Source: Bacteroidales bacterium (GTDB lineage: Bacteria; Bacteroidota; Bacteroidia; Bacteroidales; WCHB1-69). From it: 64,000 bases of DNA. The notes under the pieces were generated by a model. The model saw only the letters and a program-made list of their open reading frames with translations, had not been told where the DNA came from and did no database searches. Both the position numbers and the translations under genes were made by a program. The stretch spans positions 80,592 to 144,591 of the forward strand of contig JAGBPS010000024.1 in NCBI GenBank assembly GCA_017633255.1. Reading direction: 5' to 3'. Below are positions 14,329-26,300 of this stretch, one piece after another. Within the stretch, counting starts at the first letter, position 1; every line of letters begins with the position of its first letter.

Positions 14329-17300
14329 TTACTTCTTCACCACTTTCTTTACAGCCAATACATTATCATTGGTGACAAGCTTAATGAAATACACTCCACT
14401 AGCATAGCGAGACATGTCGATTTGTGTAGTCAGCATAGGTGTTTCATGAGGTATCTCTGACATCTCCAGTAATTTTCCGTAGATATCATACACCTGAATT
14501 TCCACAATTCCTGATGGTTCGTTATCCATTGATAACTGCAAATTAATATTGTCCGTCGTAGGATTTGGATATACATTCACAGTAGCCGACATAGAATGGT
14601 CGTCAATGCCCGTTAAAACAGTGAGGTGTAACACAATGATAGAGTCGCAGCCTGCTTCTGTTGTGAGATAGAAGGTATAATCTCCGCTTTCTACACTACC
14701 CGGCTCAAAGGTGGTATCACCGTATGTGTATGGGAGATCGCTTTCATTAATAGTCAAGTAATATTCAACAGTTACCGATTCATTGACAATCAGATGCAAG
14801 GTCACCACCGAATCACAGCCATTGGCCGCCATGAATGTCTGGGTGTAATCGCCACTTTCGGTATAGCTTGTTCCATTCCACTCGTAGCTGTCGCAAGCAG
14901 TGACTTCTACCATTTCCGTCACAGAGTTATTGACGGTCAAGGTCATGGTCACGACAGAGTCACAACCATTAACGCTTTGCAAAGTTACGGTCTGGGTACC
15001 AGCTTCAGTGAAGGTAACACCGTTCCAAGTGTACGGCAGCTCGCTTTCGCAGATAGTTTGGTTGTCGGTCACTGCATAGGCCGATAAAGTCGTCAAGGTC
15101 ATGGTAACGATGGAGTCGCAGCCATTAACGCTTTGCAGGGTCACGGTCTGGGTACCAGCTTCTGTGAAGGTTACACCGTTCCAGATGTAGGGCAACTCGC
15201 TTTCGCAGATGGTTTGGTTGTCGGTCACTGCATAGGTCGGTAAAGTCGTCAAGGTCATGGTAACCACAGAGTCGCAGCCATTAACGCTTTGCAGGGTCAC
15301 AGTCTGGGTACCTGCTTCAGTGAAGGTGACACCGTTCCAGGTGTAAGGCAGCCCGCTTTCGCAGATGGTTTGGTTGTCGGTCACTGCATAGGTCGGTAAA
15401 GTCGTCAAGGTCATGGTAACCACGGAGTCGCAGCCATTAACGCTTTGCAAGTTAAGGGTCTGCGTGCCGGCGGTACTAAAGACAACTCCATTCCATGTAT
15501 AAGGCAGTTCACTTTCGCAAATGCTCATCGACAGGTTGTTCGAGTATGAAGGATTCACCAACAGGGTCATGATTACTGTAGAGTCACAACCTGCGGCATC
15601 CTGTAAAGTCGCAGTATTCACGCCGGCGGCATTGAAGGTGACACCATTCCAAGTATAAGGCAGCTCGTTTTCACAAATAGTCTGGCTGTCCGTTGTAACA
15701 TGTGTCTGGTTAACCGTCAGGAGCATAGTCACCACAGAGTCACAACCATTGACAGTTTGCAAGGTTACAGTCTGCGTACCTGCGGTGCTGAAGACAACAC
15801 CATTCCATGTATAAGGCAACTCGCTCGGGCATACACTTCTGATGTCGGTCACCGAATAAGTCGGTAAGGTCGTTAAGGTCATGGTAACAACAGAGTCGCA
15901 GCCATTGACCGTCTGCAGGTTAAGGGTCTGCGTGCCGGCAGCGTTGAAAACGACGCCATTCCAGGTATAAGGCAGTTCACTTTCGCAAATGCTCATTGAC
16001 AGGTTATTCGAGTATGAAGGATTCACCGACAAGGTCATGATTACAGTGGAGTCACAGCCACTGGCATCTTGTAAGGTTGCAGTATTCACGCCGGCGGCAT
16101 TGAAAGTGACACCATTCCAGGTATAAGGCAGCTCGTTCTCACAAATAGTCTGGCTGTCCGTTGTAACATGTGTCTGGTTAACCGTCAGGATCATAATGAC
16201 AAGGGAATCACAACCATTGACAGTTTCAAGGGTTACATTCTGCGAACCTGCGCCACTGAAAACAACACCATTCCAAGTGTAGGGCAGCTCGCTAGGGCAA
16301 ACACTTCTCACATCCGTTACCGTGTAAGTTGGATTTACAGTAAGCGTCATCGTAACCACAGAGTCGCAGCCATTGGCAGCCTGCAAGGTCACCGTTTGCG
16401 TACCAGCAACGTTGAAGACGACGCCGTTCCAGGTGTAGGGCAATTCGCTCTGACAGATGGTCTGCTCATCGTTCACAGCGTAAGTCGGATTGACGGTCAG
16501 AGTCATCGTCACGACGGAGTCGCAGCCATTGGCAGCCTGCAAGGTCACCGTTTGCGTGCCAGCAACGTTGAAGTCGACACCATTCCAGGTGATGGGCAAT
16601 TCGCTCTGACAGATGGTCTGCTCATCGTTCACAGCATAGGTCGGGTTGACAGTCAGAGTCATGGTCACCATAGAGTCGCAACCGTTAGTAGCCTGCAAGG
16701 TTACCGTTTGTGTGCCAGCCTGAGTAAACTCAACACCATTCCAGGTGTAGGGTAATTCGCTCTGACAGATGGTCTGCTTATCGTTCACAGCGTAGGTTGG
16801 GTTGACAGTCAAGGTCATCGTCACCACAGAATCGCAGCCATTGGCAGCCTGCAAGGTCACCGTTTGAGTACCAGCAACGTTGAAGACGACGCCGTTCCAG
16901 GTGTAAGGCAATTCGCTTTCGCATACGGTCTTGGTATCGGTCACCGCATAAGTCGGATTAACAGTCAGGGTCATCGTCACGACAGAGTCGCAACTGTTGG
17001 CAGCCTGCAAGGTTACTGTTTGCGTGCCAGCTTGGCTGAACTCTACGCCGTTCCATGTGTAGGGCAATTCGCTCTCGCATACGGTCTTGGTATCGGTCAG
17101 CGCATAAGTCGGATTAACAGTCAAGGTCATCGTCACTACAGAGTCGCAACTGTTGGTAGCCTGCAAGGTCACCGTCTGTGTGCCAGCCTGGGTAAACTCA
17201 ACACCATTCCAAGTGTAGGGCAACTCACTCTCGCAAATGCTCTTGCTGTCGCTCACCGCAAAGGTCGGATTAACAGTCAGAGTCATCGTCACTACAGAGT

Positions 17301-20300
17301 CGCAACCGTTGGTAGCCTGCAAGGTCACCGTTTGTGTGCCAGCCTGGCTGAACTCTACGCCGTTCCAAGTGTAGGGCAACTCGCTTTCGCAGACGGTCTT
17401 GGTATCGCTCACCGCAAAGATCGGATTAACAGTCAGAGTCATCGTCACTACAGAATCGCAACTGTTGGCAGCCTGCAAGGTCACCGTTTGCGTGCCGGCC
17501 TGGCTGAACTCTACGCCGTTCCAAGTGTAGGGCAACTCGCTTTCGCAGACGGTCTTGGTATCGCTCACCGCAAAGGTCGGATTAACAGTCAGAGTCATCG
17601 TCACTACAGAGTCGCAACTGTTGACAGCCTGCAAGGTCACCATTTGAGTGCCAGCCTGGGTAAACTCTACGCCGTTCCAAGTGTAAGGCAGTTCGCTCTC
17701 GCATACGGTCTTGGTATCGGTCACCGCATAAGTCGGATTAACAATCAGGGTCATCGTCACCACAGAGTCGCAACCAGAGACAGACGGCAAGGTAACAGTT
17801 TGGGTACCGGCCTGAGAGAACTCTACGCCGTTCCAAGTGTAGGGCAGCTCGCTCTCGCATACGATCTTGGTATCGGTCACCGCAAAGGTCGGATTAACAG
17901 TCAGGGTCATCGTCACCACAGAGTCGCAGCCAGAAGCAGATGGCAAGGTAACAGTTTGGGTACCGGCCTGGGTGAACTCTACGCCGTTCCAGGTGATGGG
18001 TAATTCGCTCTCACAGATGCTCTTGCTGTCGGTCACTGTGTAAATTGAGTTGATGGTAAGATGCATGGTCACGACAGAGTCACAGCCATTAACTGTTTGC
18101 AGAGTGACCGTCTTATCACCGGCGGCATTGAATATGACACCGTTCCATGTATAAGGAAGAGCGGCAGGACATACATCGCGGCTTTCGGAGACACTGTAAA
18201 TTGGGTTCACGCTGAGAGTCATCGTCACGACAGAGTCGCAATCAGTAGAGGACTGCAAGGTAACGTCCTTTGTACCTGCAGTGGTAAAGACAACTGTATT
18301 CCAAGTGTAAGGCAACTCGCTCTCACAAATGGTCTTGGTGTCGCTCACCGCATAAGTCGAATTAACAGTCAAAGTCATCGTCACCACAGAGTCACAGCCG
18401 GAGACAGTCGGCAAGGTCACCATTTGCGAACCAGCTTGGGTAAACTCTACGCCGTTCCAGGTGTAAGGCAACTCGCTCTCGCAAACGGTCTTGGTATCGC
18501 TCACCGCATAGGTTGGTAAAGTCGTTAAGATCATGGTAACGACAGAGTCACAGCCGTTAGCGGCCTGCAAGTTCAGCGTTTGCGTACCAGCTTGGGTGAA
18601 TTCTACGCCGTTCCAAGTGTAAGGCAACCCGCTCTCGCAGATGGTGTCTTTAATTGTAATGTTATAACTTTCCTTTTCATGTACGGTAAAGCTTCCATGC
18701 GCCACTTCATCGCCAATGGCGTTGTACACGGTTACAGAGTAGTTGCCAACAGGTACGGTGATGGCTTGACTCGTCTCGCCGGTGTTCCACAAGTAGTCGG
18801 TTCCCAAATTAGTGTTGACATGCAGAACAGTGGTCTGGTTCGGGCAGATGCTGTCATCGCCTGTGATGTAGAAGTAGGGCGGGATAACCACAGGTTCGGT
18901 AGTGAAGCTTATCACGTCGCTCCAGTCGCTGGTGCCATCAACACCGCAATTAGCACGAACCTTGACCGTGTATGGTGTTTCAGGGCTGAGTCCATTCAAA
19001 GTGTAGGGGTTCGTGGTAACATCGATGAGATTGGTTTCGTTGCCGTTGACGCAGATTTGCCATTCGGTGGCGTTGCCGTTCTCGGTCCACGTTAATGTGG
19101 CATTCACATCGGAGATGTTGCTTGCAGCTAAATTCGCAGGTGCGGGACAAGTCACACTCGGTGCGGACCCGTTAGCCATGAACAGACCAGAGATGTTGGC
19201 ACCGGTGCCGCCACCAATGTAGCCAATAAGTTGCTTTTCGGCAGTAGCGGGGTTCACCAAGTATAATCCGTTATCATTTGAAGAACTCATTTGTCCCATA
19301 AGCATTTCGCCAGTATTCATGTCAAAGGCGATATATGGCATGGTGCTGGAAAATCCAAGGTTTCCAACAGGAGTGATGGTAGCGTCGGTCAGATTCACTT
19401 GGCAGAGGTTCCCTGTCATCATATCCGTACAATAGGCATTGCCATTGCTGTCGATGGCAATAGACAATGCGTAACTGTTGAATGTGCCAATCTCTGTGAC
19501 ATCGTTGATATTGGAAGGATCGAAACTTTTCAGTTTCACTATCTGACTAGAAGTGTAAAGAATATAATAGATTCGTCCGTCAACAGGATTGTAGGACATG
19601 GAGGCAATGTCATTATTGTTGCCCTCAAAATTGGATGCTACTGTCTCGTAAGTTCCCATCGTTTTATTGTAATTGTCAAGTGGAGCTTTGTAAAGGTTTG
19701 TATTGTTTTCGTCGAAGAACCATACTACTCCATTGACACAGGTAGCCGCTAATGAATACGGGGTTATATCTGAGGCTACTGTCACGGTAGCCGGATCTTG
19801 CGCTGAAAAACTGATGAACTTCTTTCGCAAATCGACGTTGTTGGGACTTCTTTGGACGCATGCGTACCAGTTGGCAGTGGAGCGGACTTTCGCAAAAGAG
19901 AAAGGTACACTCCAGAAACTGTAGTCACTACCACAGTTGGCACGTACTTTTACGTTGTGGAAAATGGTGGTATCAAGTCCAGATAGTGTGTAAGGATTTT
20001 CAGTAACATTGATAGGATTGGCCTCATCGCCGTCAAGACAAAGCTGCCATGCTGTGGCGCTACCATTCTCTGTCCAGCTTACTGTGGCAGTTCCTCCGTT
20101 GAGATTGGAGACAGTAAGGTTATCTGGAGTAGGACAGGGACTGCTGGCACAGTTTACCATGTGTGTAAAAGGAGTAAGGAAAGGACCAACTCCACCGAAA
20201 ATCTCGATTCCATTGGCATCATACACGTTATAGGAAGTTTCATTTGCATCAGCACCGTTTACCCATTCGAAGCGGATTTCGCGGCCATTGCACACAAAGA

Positions 20301-23300
20301 GAGATCCTGTGGCGGTACTTCCGTAGTCGATAGTCCAGCTAGCTAAAACAATACCGCTGGTAATATCCACCACGTTGATGGCATTGCCTGTCCAGCCGTC
20401 ACCGTATGTGTCACCCAATACGTAGGTGATTTCGCACTGATCTTCGACCTGACAGGAATTGGTGGTGAAATTAATGCTGTTCCAGTAACTTTCGCCGTCA
20501 ACGCCACAGTCGGCTTTCACCCGCACGTGGTATTCGGTTTCGGGGGTGAGTCCGGTGAGGAGGCAACTGTTTGTGGAAACAAATGTGGTGAAGGAACCGG
20601 AAAAGTCAGCGGCTGTACTGTATTCCACAATCCAGCTGTTGGCATTGCTGTTGTTGTCCCAGATAATCCTGGCTTTGTTCATCCCATTTTCGGATACAGT
20701 CAGGTTGGTGGGCTTTGCGCAGTTTATGCCAAAGTTCAGACGGACACAGTTTTTCTCAGAATTGTAGTCGCCTATGATGTTGTTGGGGAACATCGGGTCG
20801 TAACCGGAACCGTTACGGTAGGCGTATATGGCTTGCAATTCCGTAGTGTGGAAGGTGTGACATCCTATACCGGGCGCGCTGGTGCCCGTCTTGTCGTTCA
20901 TAACGAGCAAAAGGTTTTCGGTGCCATTGTAGTTGAACGGGACATCGAGCGCGAACTCGGTCCAACTGCCAGCCGTCAGCTCAATGGGGCCGCTGAACAC
21001 AAGGTCGGCGGGGGTTACGGCTACCCAGTCGACGTTGTCGCTGAAGGTCGTCTTGTTCGTGTGTACGAGGTACATATCGTAGTTGCGGATTTGGCTTGTG
21101 CCTGCATTATAGAAGGATATGCCGAAAATGGTACCCGTACGGTTGATTTCTGAAGCTGTATAGATTTGTTGGGATATAGAATAATTGGAACTTGAGTTGA
21201 CCGGGAGGTAGTTGCCGCCTCCAGTACAAGTTCCGATTTCGGTGATATTGGGGTTCGCAGGGCAGTTCACTGTATAAGAGACGGGGGTGCTCATAGCGTT
21301 GCTGCCGCTGAAGATAATGTTCCCCTCCACATCATAAACCGTGTAGGATGTCTCGTCGGCAGAGGAGCCGTTCACCCACTCGAAGCGGATGTCGCGGCCG
21401 TCGCATATGGGCAGGGTGCCCGAAAGGCTGTCCCCATAGTTTATGGTCAACGTGCCAAAGACAAAGCCGGTGGCGACATCCACCACGTTGATGGCGCAGT
21501 CGTTCCAACCGTCGCCGAAGCTGTCCGCCAGTTTATAGCTGATTTCGCATTGGTCGGAACCTTCGCAAATATCAGTGGTGAAACTGCGGGTGGTCCAGTA
21601 ACTTTCGCTGCCAGCACCGCAGTCGGCTTTTACCCGAACGTGGTAGGTGGTTCCGCCGACAAGTTCGTTAAGATGACAACTGTTCGATGCTGTCGTTACG
21701 GCCGTGGCATTGGAGAAGTCGGGGAGGGTGGCGTATTCCACGACCCAGCCACTGGCATTGGCGTTGGTGTCCCAGCTAAGTGAGGCGTTGTGCGTAGAGA
21801 TGGAAGTAATCTCAAGGTTGGTCGGCGCATAGCAGACTTGTGCCGAACCGCTGGCCATAAATAGATGTGTGTGGTAAATGTCGGGTTCTCCACCAATATA
21901 ATTCAACTCCTGTTTGGCTGCGGTAGCGGGGTCCACGGAGCAGATTATGTTGCCGGTGTTAGAAAGGGATATGCAGAAGAGTTCGTCGGTTTCCATGTCA
22001 AAAGCCAATACTTCAACATCTGGGAGGTATCCCACTAGGGTGACGGAGGCATTGGTCAGATTCATCCTGTATAGGCTGTCATTTTGGGCAACACAGTATG
22101 CATCTCCAAGTCTGTTAATGGAAATGCTATTGATATCTTGGGCGTATGTGCCGATTGCCGTAATCGTACTCGGATTGGCGGGATCGAAGCTCTTGAGCTT
22201 GTAGTCGCCGCCCACATAGTACAATTTGTCGTCAATGGGATTGTATGTCATACAGAAAATGTCAGCCGTGTCAAAATTCTCCTTTACGGTTTCGAAATTT
22301 CCGATGGTCTTGTTGACATTGTCCAGAGGTGCACGGCCAAGGTCAATCGTACCTTGGTTATAGTTATAGTTGGTGTACCACACATATCCGTTGGCGTATG
22401 CAGTGGAGGTAAAATAGTTGTTGATCAGCTCCGAAGCGGTGCTTGCGGAGGTAAGGTTTTGCATAGAGAAACTGACATATTTGTTCATCCAAGAGTAGTG
22501 GGTTGGGGATGACGTTACAAGGCTGTACCAGTTGGCGGTGGATTGGAGGTCGAAGAGGATGAAGGAGGTCTCGACCCAATCGCTTTGGTGACTGGTATCG
22601 CATACGGCCTTCACTCTTGCCTGGTAGCTCGTGTAATCCAGACCGCTGAGCGTGATGGCGTTGCCTGTGGCGCTGGTCTGCTGCCATAGCGTGTCGGAAG
22701 TCTTCTTGTACTCCACATTGAAGTCCGTGGCATTGCTAGTCCACGTCAGGGTGACTTCATTATGGTTGGTGGAGGCGGTGAGATTCTTGGGCTTCGGACA
22801 AACTGTGCCGAAGTTCAATTGGATGCAGTTTTTCTCATTCAGGAGGGAACCATAATATGAGCCGGGAGTTGATGGGTAAAAATTGGGGTCATCATCGTTG
22901 ATGTACAGGGCTTGCGGATCCGTAGAGGCGAAAGTGTGGCAACTCATACTACTGCTCCAGGAACCGGTGTTGTCATCCACCACAAGCAGTAGATTGTCGG
23001 TGCCGTTGTAGGCGAAAGGCACATCCAGGTCTATAGGTGTCCATTCGTCGGTTTTCATCTCAATATTGCCGCTGAACACCAAGTTGGCGGCGGTGACAGA
23101 AACCCAATCGTTGACACTGCTGAAGCTCGTTTTGTTGGTATGGACGAGGTATACGTCATAGTTGCGGGTTTTGGCGTCTCCGCTGTTGTAGAAGGAAACA
23201 CTGGAGATGGAACCGGGACGGCCGATTTCCGCTGCCGTATAAATCTGCTGCGACAGGCCGTAATTGTAGTAGGCGTCGCTCGGCAGTTGATCGTTTCCAG

Positions 23301-26300
23301 AAGTGCAGGTGCCGATGGAAATTAGTTCTGGCAACACCGGGCAGATTACGGTATAAGGGAGTGGAGCACTCATGGCGCCGCTGCCGTTGAAGATAATGTT
23401 CCCCTCTGCATCATAAACCGTGTAGGATGTCTCGTCGGCAAAGGAGCCGTTCACCCACTCGAAGCGGATGTCGCGGCCGTCGCATATGGGCAGGGTGCCC
23501 GAAAGGCTGTCCCCATAGTTTATGGTCAACGTGCCAAAGACAAAGCCGGTAGCGACATCCACCACGTTGATGGCGCAGCCGTTCCAACCGTCACCGTAGC
23601 TGTCCGCCAGACTATAGCTGATTTTGCATTGATCTGAGCTTTCGCATAAAGTAGTGGAGAAACTGCGGACGGTCCAGTAACTTTCGCTGCCAGCACCGCA
23701 GTTGGCTTTTACCCGAACGTGGTAGGTGGTTCCGCCGACAAGCCCGGTAAGAAGACAACTATTTGTCGTGGTCGTCACGGCCGTGGCATTGGAGAAGTCG
23801 GGGAGGGTGGCGTATTCCACGACCCAGCCGCTGGCATTGGCGTTGGTGTCCCAGGTGAGCGTGGCGTCGTTCATAGCGATGGAAGAGAAGTCAAGGTTAG
23901 TCGGCGCATAGCAGACTTGTGCCGAACTGCTGGCCATAAATAGATGTCTGAGGATAATGTCAGGGTCTCCACCCACATAGGTCAACTCCTGTTTGGCTGC
24001 GGTAGCGGGGTCCACGGAGCAGATTATGTGGCCGTTGCTAGAAAGGGATATGCAGAAGAGTTCGTCGGTTTCCATGTCAAAAGCCAATACTTCAACATCT
24101 GGGAAATATCCCACGGTGGTGACGGAGGCATTGGCCAGATTCATCCTGTAGAGGCTGTCATCTTGGGCAACACAGTAAGCCTCCCCAAGTCTGTTGATGG
24201 AAAGGCTCTTGAAATCTTGGGCGTATGTGCCGATTGCCGTAATCGTACTCGGATTGGCGGGATCGAAGCTCTTGAGCTTGTAGTCGCCGCCCACATAGTA
24301 CAATTTGTCGTCAATGGGATTGTATGCCATACTGAAAACGTCAGTCGTGTCAAAATTCTCCTTTACGGTCTCGAAATATCCGATGGTCTTGTTGACATTG
24401 TCCAGAGGTGCACGGCCAAGGTCAATCGTGCCTTGGTTATAGTTATAGTTGGTGTACCACACATATCCGTTGGCGTATGCATTGGATGTAAAATAGTTGT
24501 TGATCAGTTCCGAAGCGGTGTTTGCGGAGCTGATATTCTGCATAGGGAAACTGACGTATCTGTCCGTCCAGTTGGAGTGAGCCGTGGATGAGATGACGAA
24601 GCTGTACCAGTTGGCGGTGGATTGGAGGTCGAAGAGGATGAAGGAGGTCTCAACCCAATCGCTTTGGAGATTGGTATCGCATACGGCCTTCACTCTGGCT
24701 TGGTAGCTCGTGTAATCCAGACCGCTGAGCGTGATGGTGTTGCCCGTGGTGCTGGTCTGCTGCCATTGCGTGTCGGTAGTCTTCTTGTACTCCACATTGA
24801 AGTCCGTGGCACTACTACTCCACGTCAGGGTGACTTCATTATGGTTGATGTTGGAAACTGCGAGATCTTTGGGCTTCGGGCATATCGTGGTAAAGTTCAA
24901 TTGGATGCAGTTTTTCTCACTCACCAGGGAACCATTATATGAGCCAGGAGCTGTCGGGTCAAAATTGGAGTTGTCGTTATTGATGTACAAGGCTTGCGTA
25001 TTTGTGGTCGTAAAGGAATAACAACTCATACTGCTGATCCAGGAGCCTGTGTTGTCATCCATTACAAGCAGTAGATTGTCAGTGCCATTGTAGGCGAAAG
25101 GCACATCCAGGTCTATAGATGTCCATTCGTCGGTCTTCATCTCAACATTGCCGCTGAACACCAGGTCGGCAGCGGTGACGGGAACCCAATCGTTGGTACT
25201 GCTGAAGCTCGTTTTGTTGGTATGGACAAGATATATGTCATAGTTGCGGTTTTGGGCATCGCTGCTGTTGTAGAGGGAGATGCTGGAGATGGAACCGGAA
25301 CGGCTGATTTCCGCTGCCGTATAGATCTGCTGTGACAGGCCGTAGTCGTTATAGGTGTTGCTCGGCAAGTTTTTGCTCCCTGTGCTGCAGGAGCCGAGAC
25401 CCACTATGTTGGCAGTGCCGCTGACCATAAATAACCCGAGAGCAACAATATAGTCGTCATCGCCAAGATAGCCAATATCCTGTACGGCGGCAGTGGCGGT
25501 ATCTACCAACCCCATCGTGTAGCCGTTGCCTATAAAGCGCGAGCAGAACAACTCGTCGGTTGTGTCGTCGAATGAGAGGAAGACAGCCTGTGTCAGATTT
25601 CCCACGAAGGTGAGGGAAGCGTCGGTCATATTCAGGCGGTAGAGTGAGCCGCTTAATTCATCGTAGGCGTACGCCTCACCCCGGCTGTTGAAGGCGAGGT
25701 CGCGGATATAGATGCTGGGGGAGACTGTGCAAACCGTTGAGACATTGTCGGGAGAGGAGGGATGGAAACTTTTGACTGTATGGTTGTTTGAGACATAGTA
25801 GATTTTGCCGTCTGCCGGGTTGTATGACAGACCCTCCATAAAGTCGGTTTCAAAAACACTTCTTACGGTGTCGAAAGCCCCAATGATGCGGGTGTCGTTA
25901 TCCATCGGTGCCCGGAGCAGACAATAGTGATGACTTGGGTCGTAGCTGGTGGCCCACACGTATCCGTCGGCGTAGGTGATGGAAGGTTGTGAAAACGTCT
26001 GGGCGGCGGAAACTGGTGTTCCTATGGTGATGTCCTGCATAGAGAAGGCGACGCATTTGTCTGACCAATCATAATGATCGAAACTGGAAGTCACATACGT
26101 GTACCATTTGGAGGTGGATTGGATGTTGAGGATGGGGAATGTGATGCTTCTCCAGTCGCTTTCGGAAACACCGGGCGTGCAGACGGCCCGCACACGTGCT
26201 TCGTAATCGCCCATATCCATACCGCTGAGCGTGACTGAATGGGTCGTGGTGGTGAGGCTGTGCCACGTCGTTTCATTGGTCTTCTTGTATTCGACATTGA

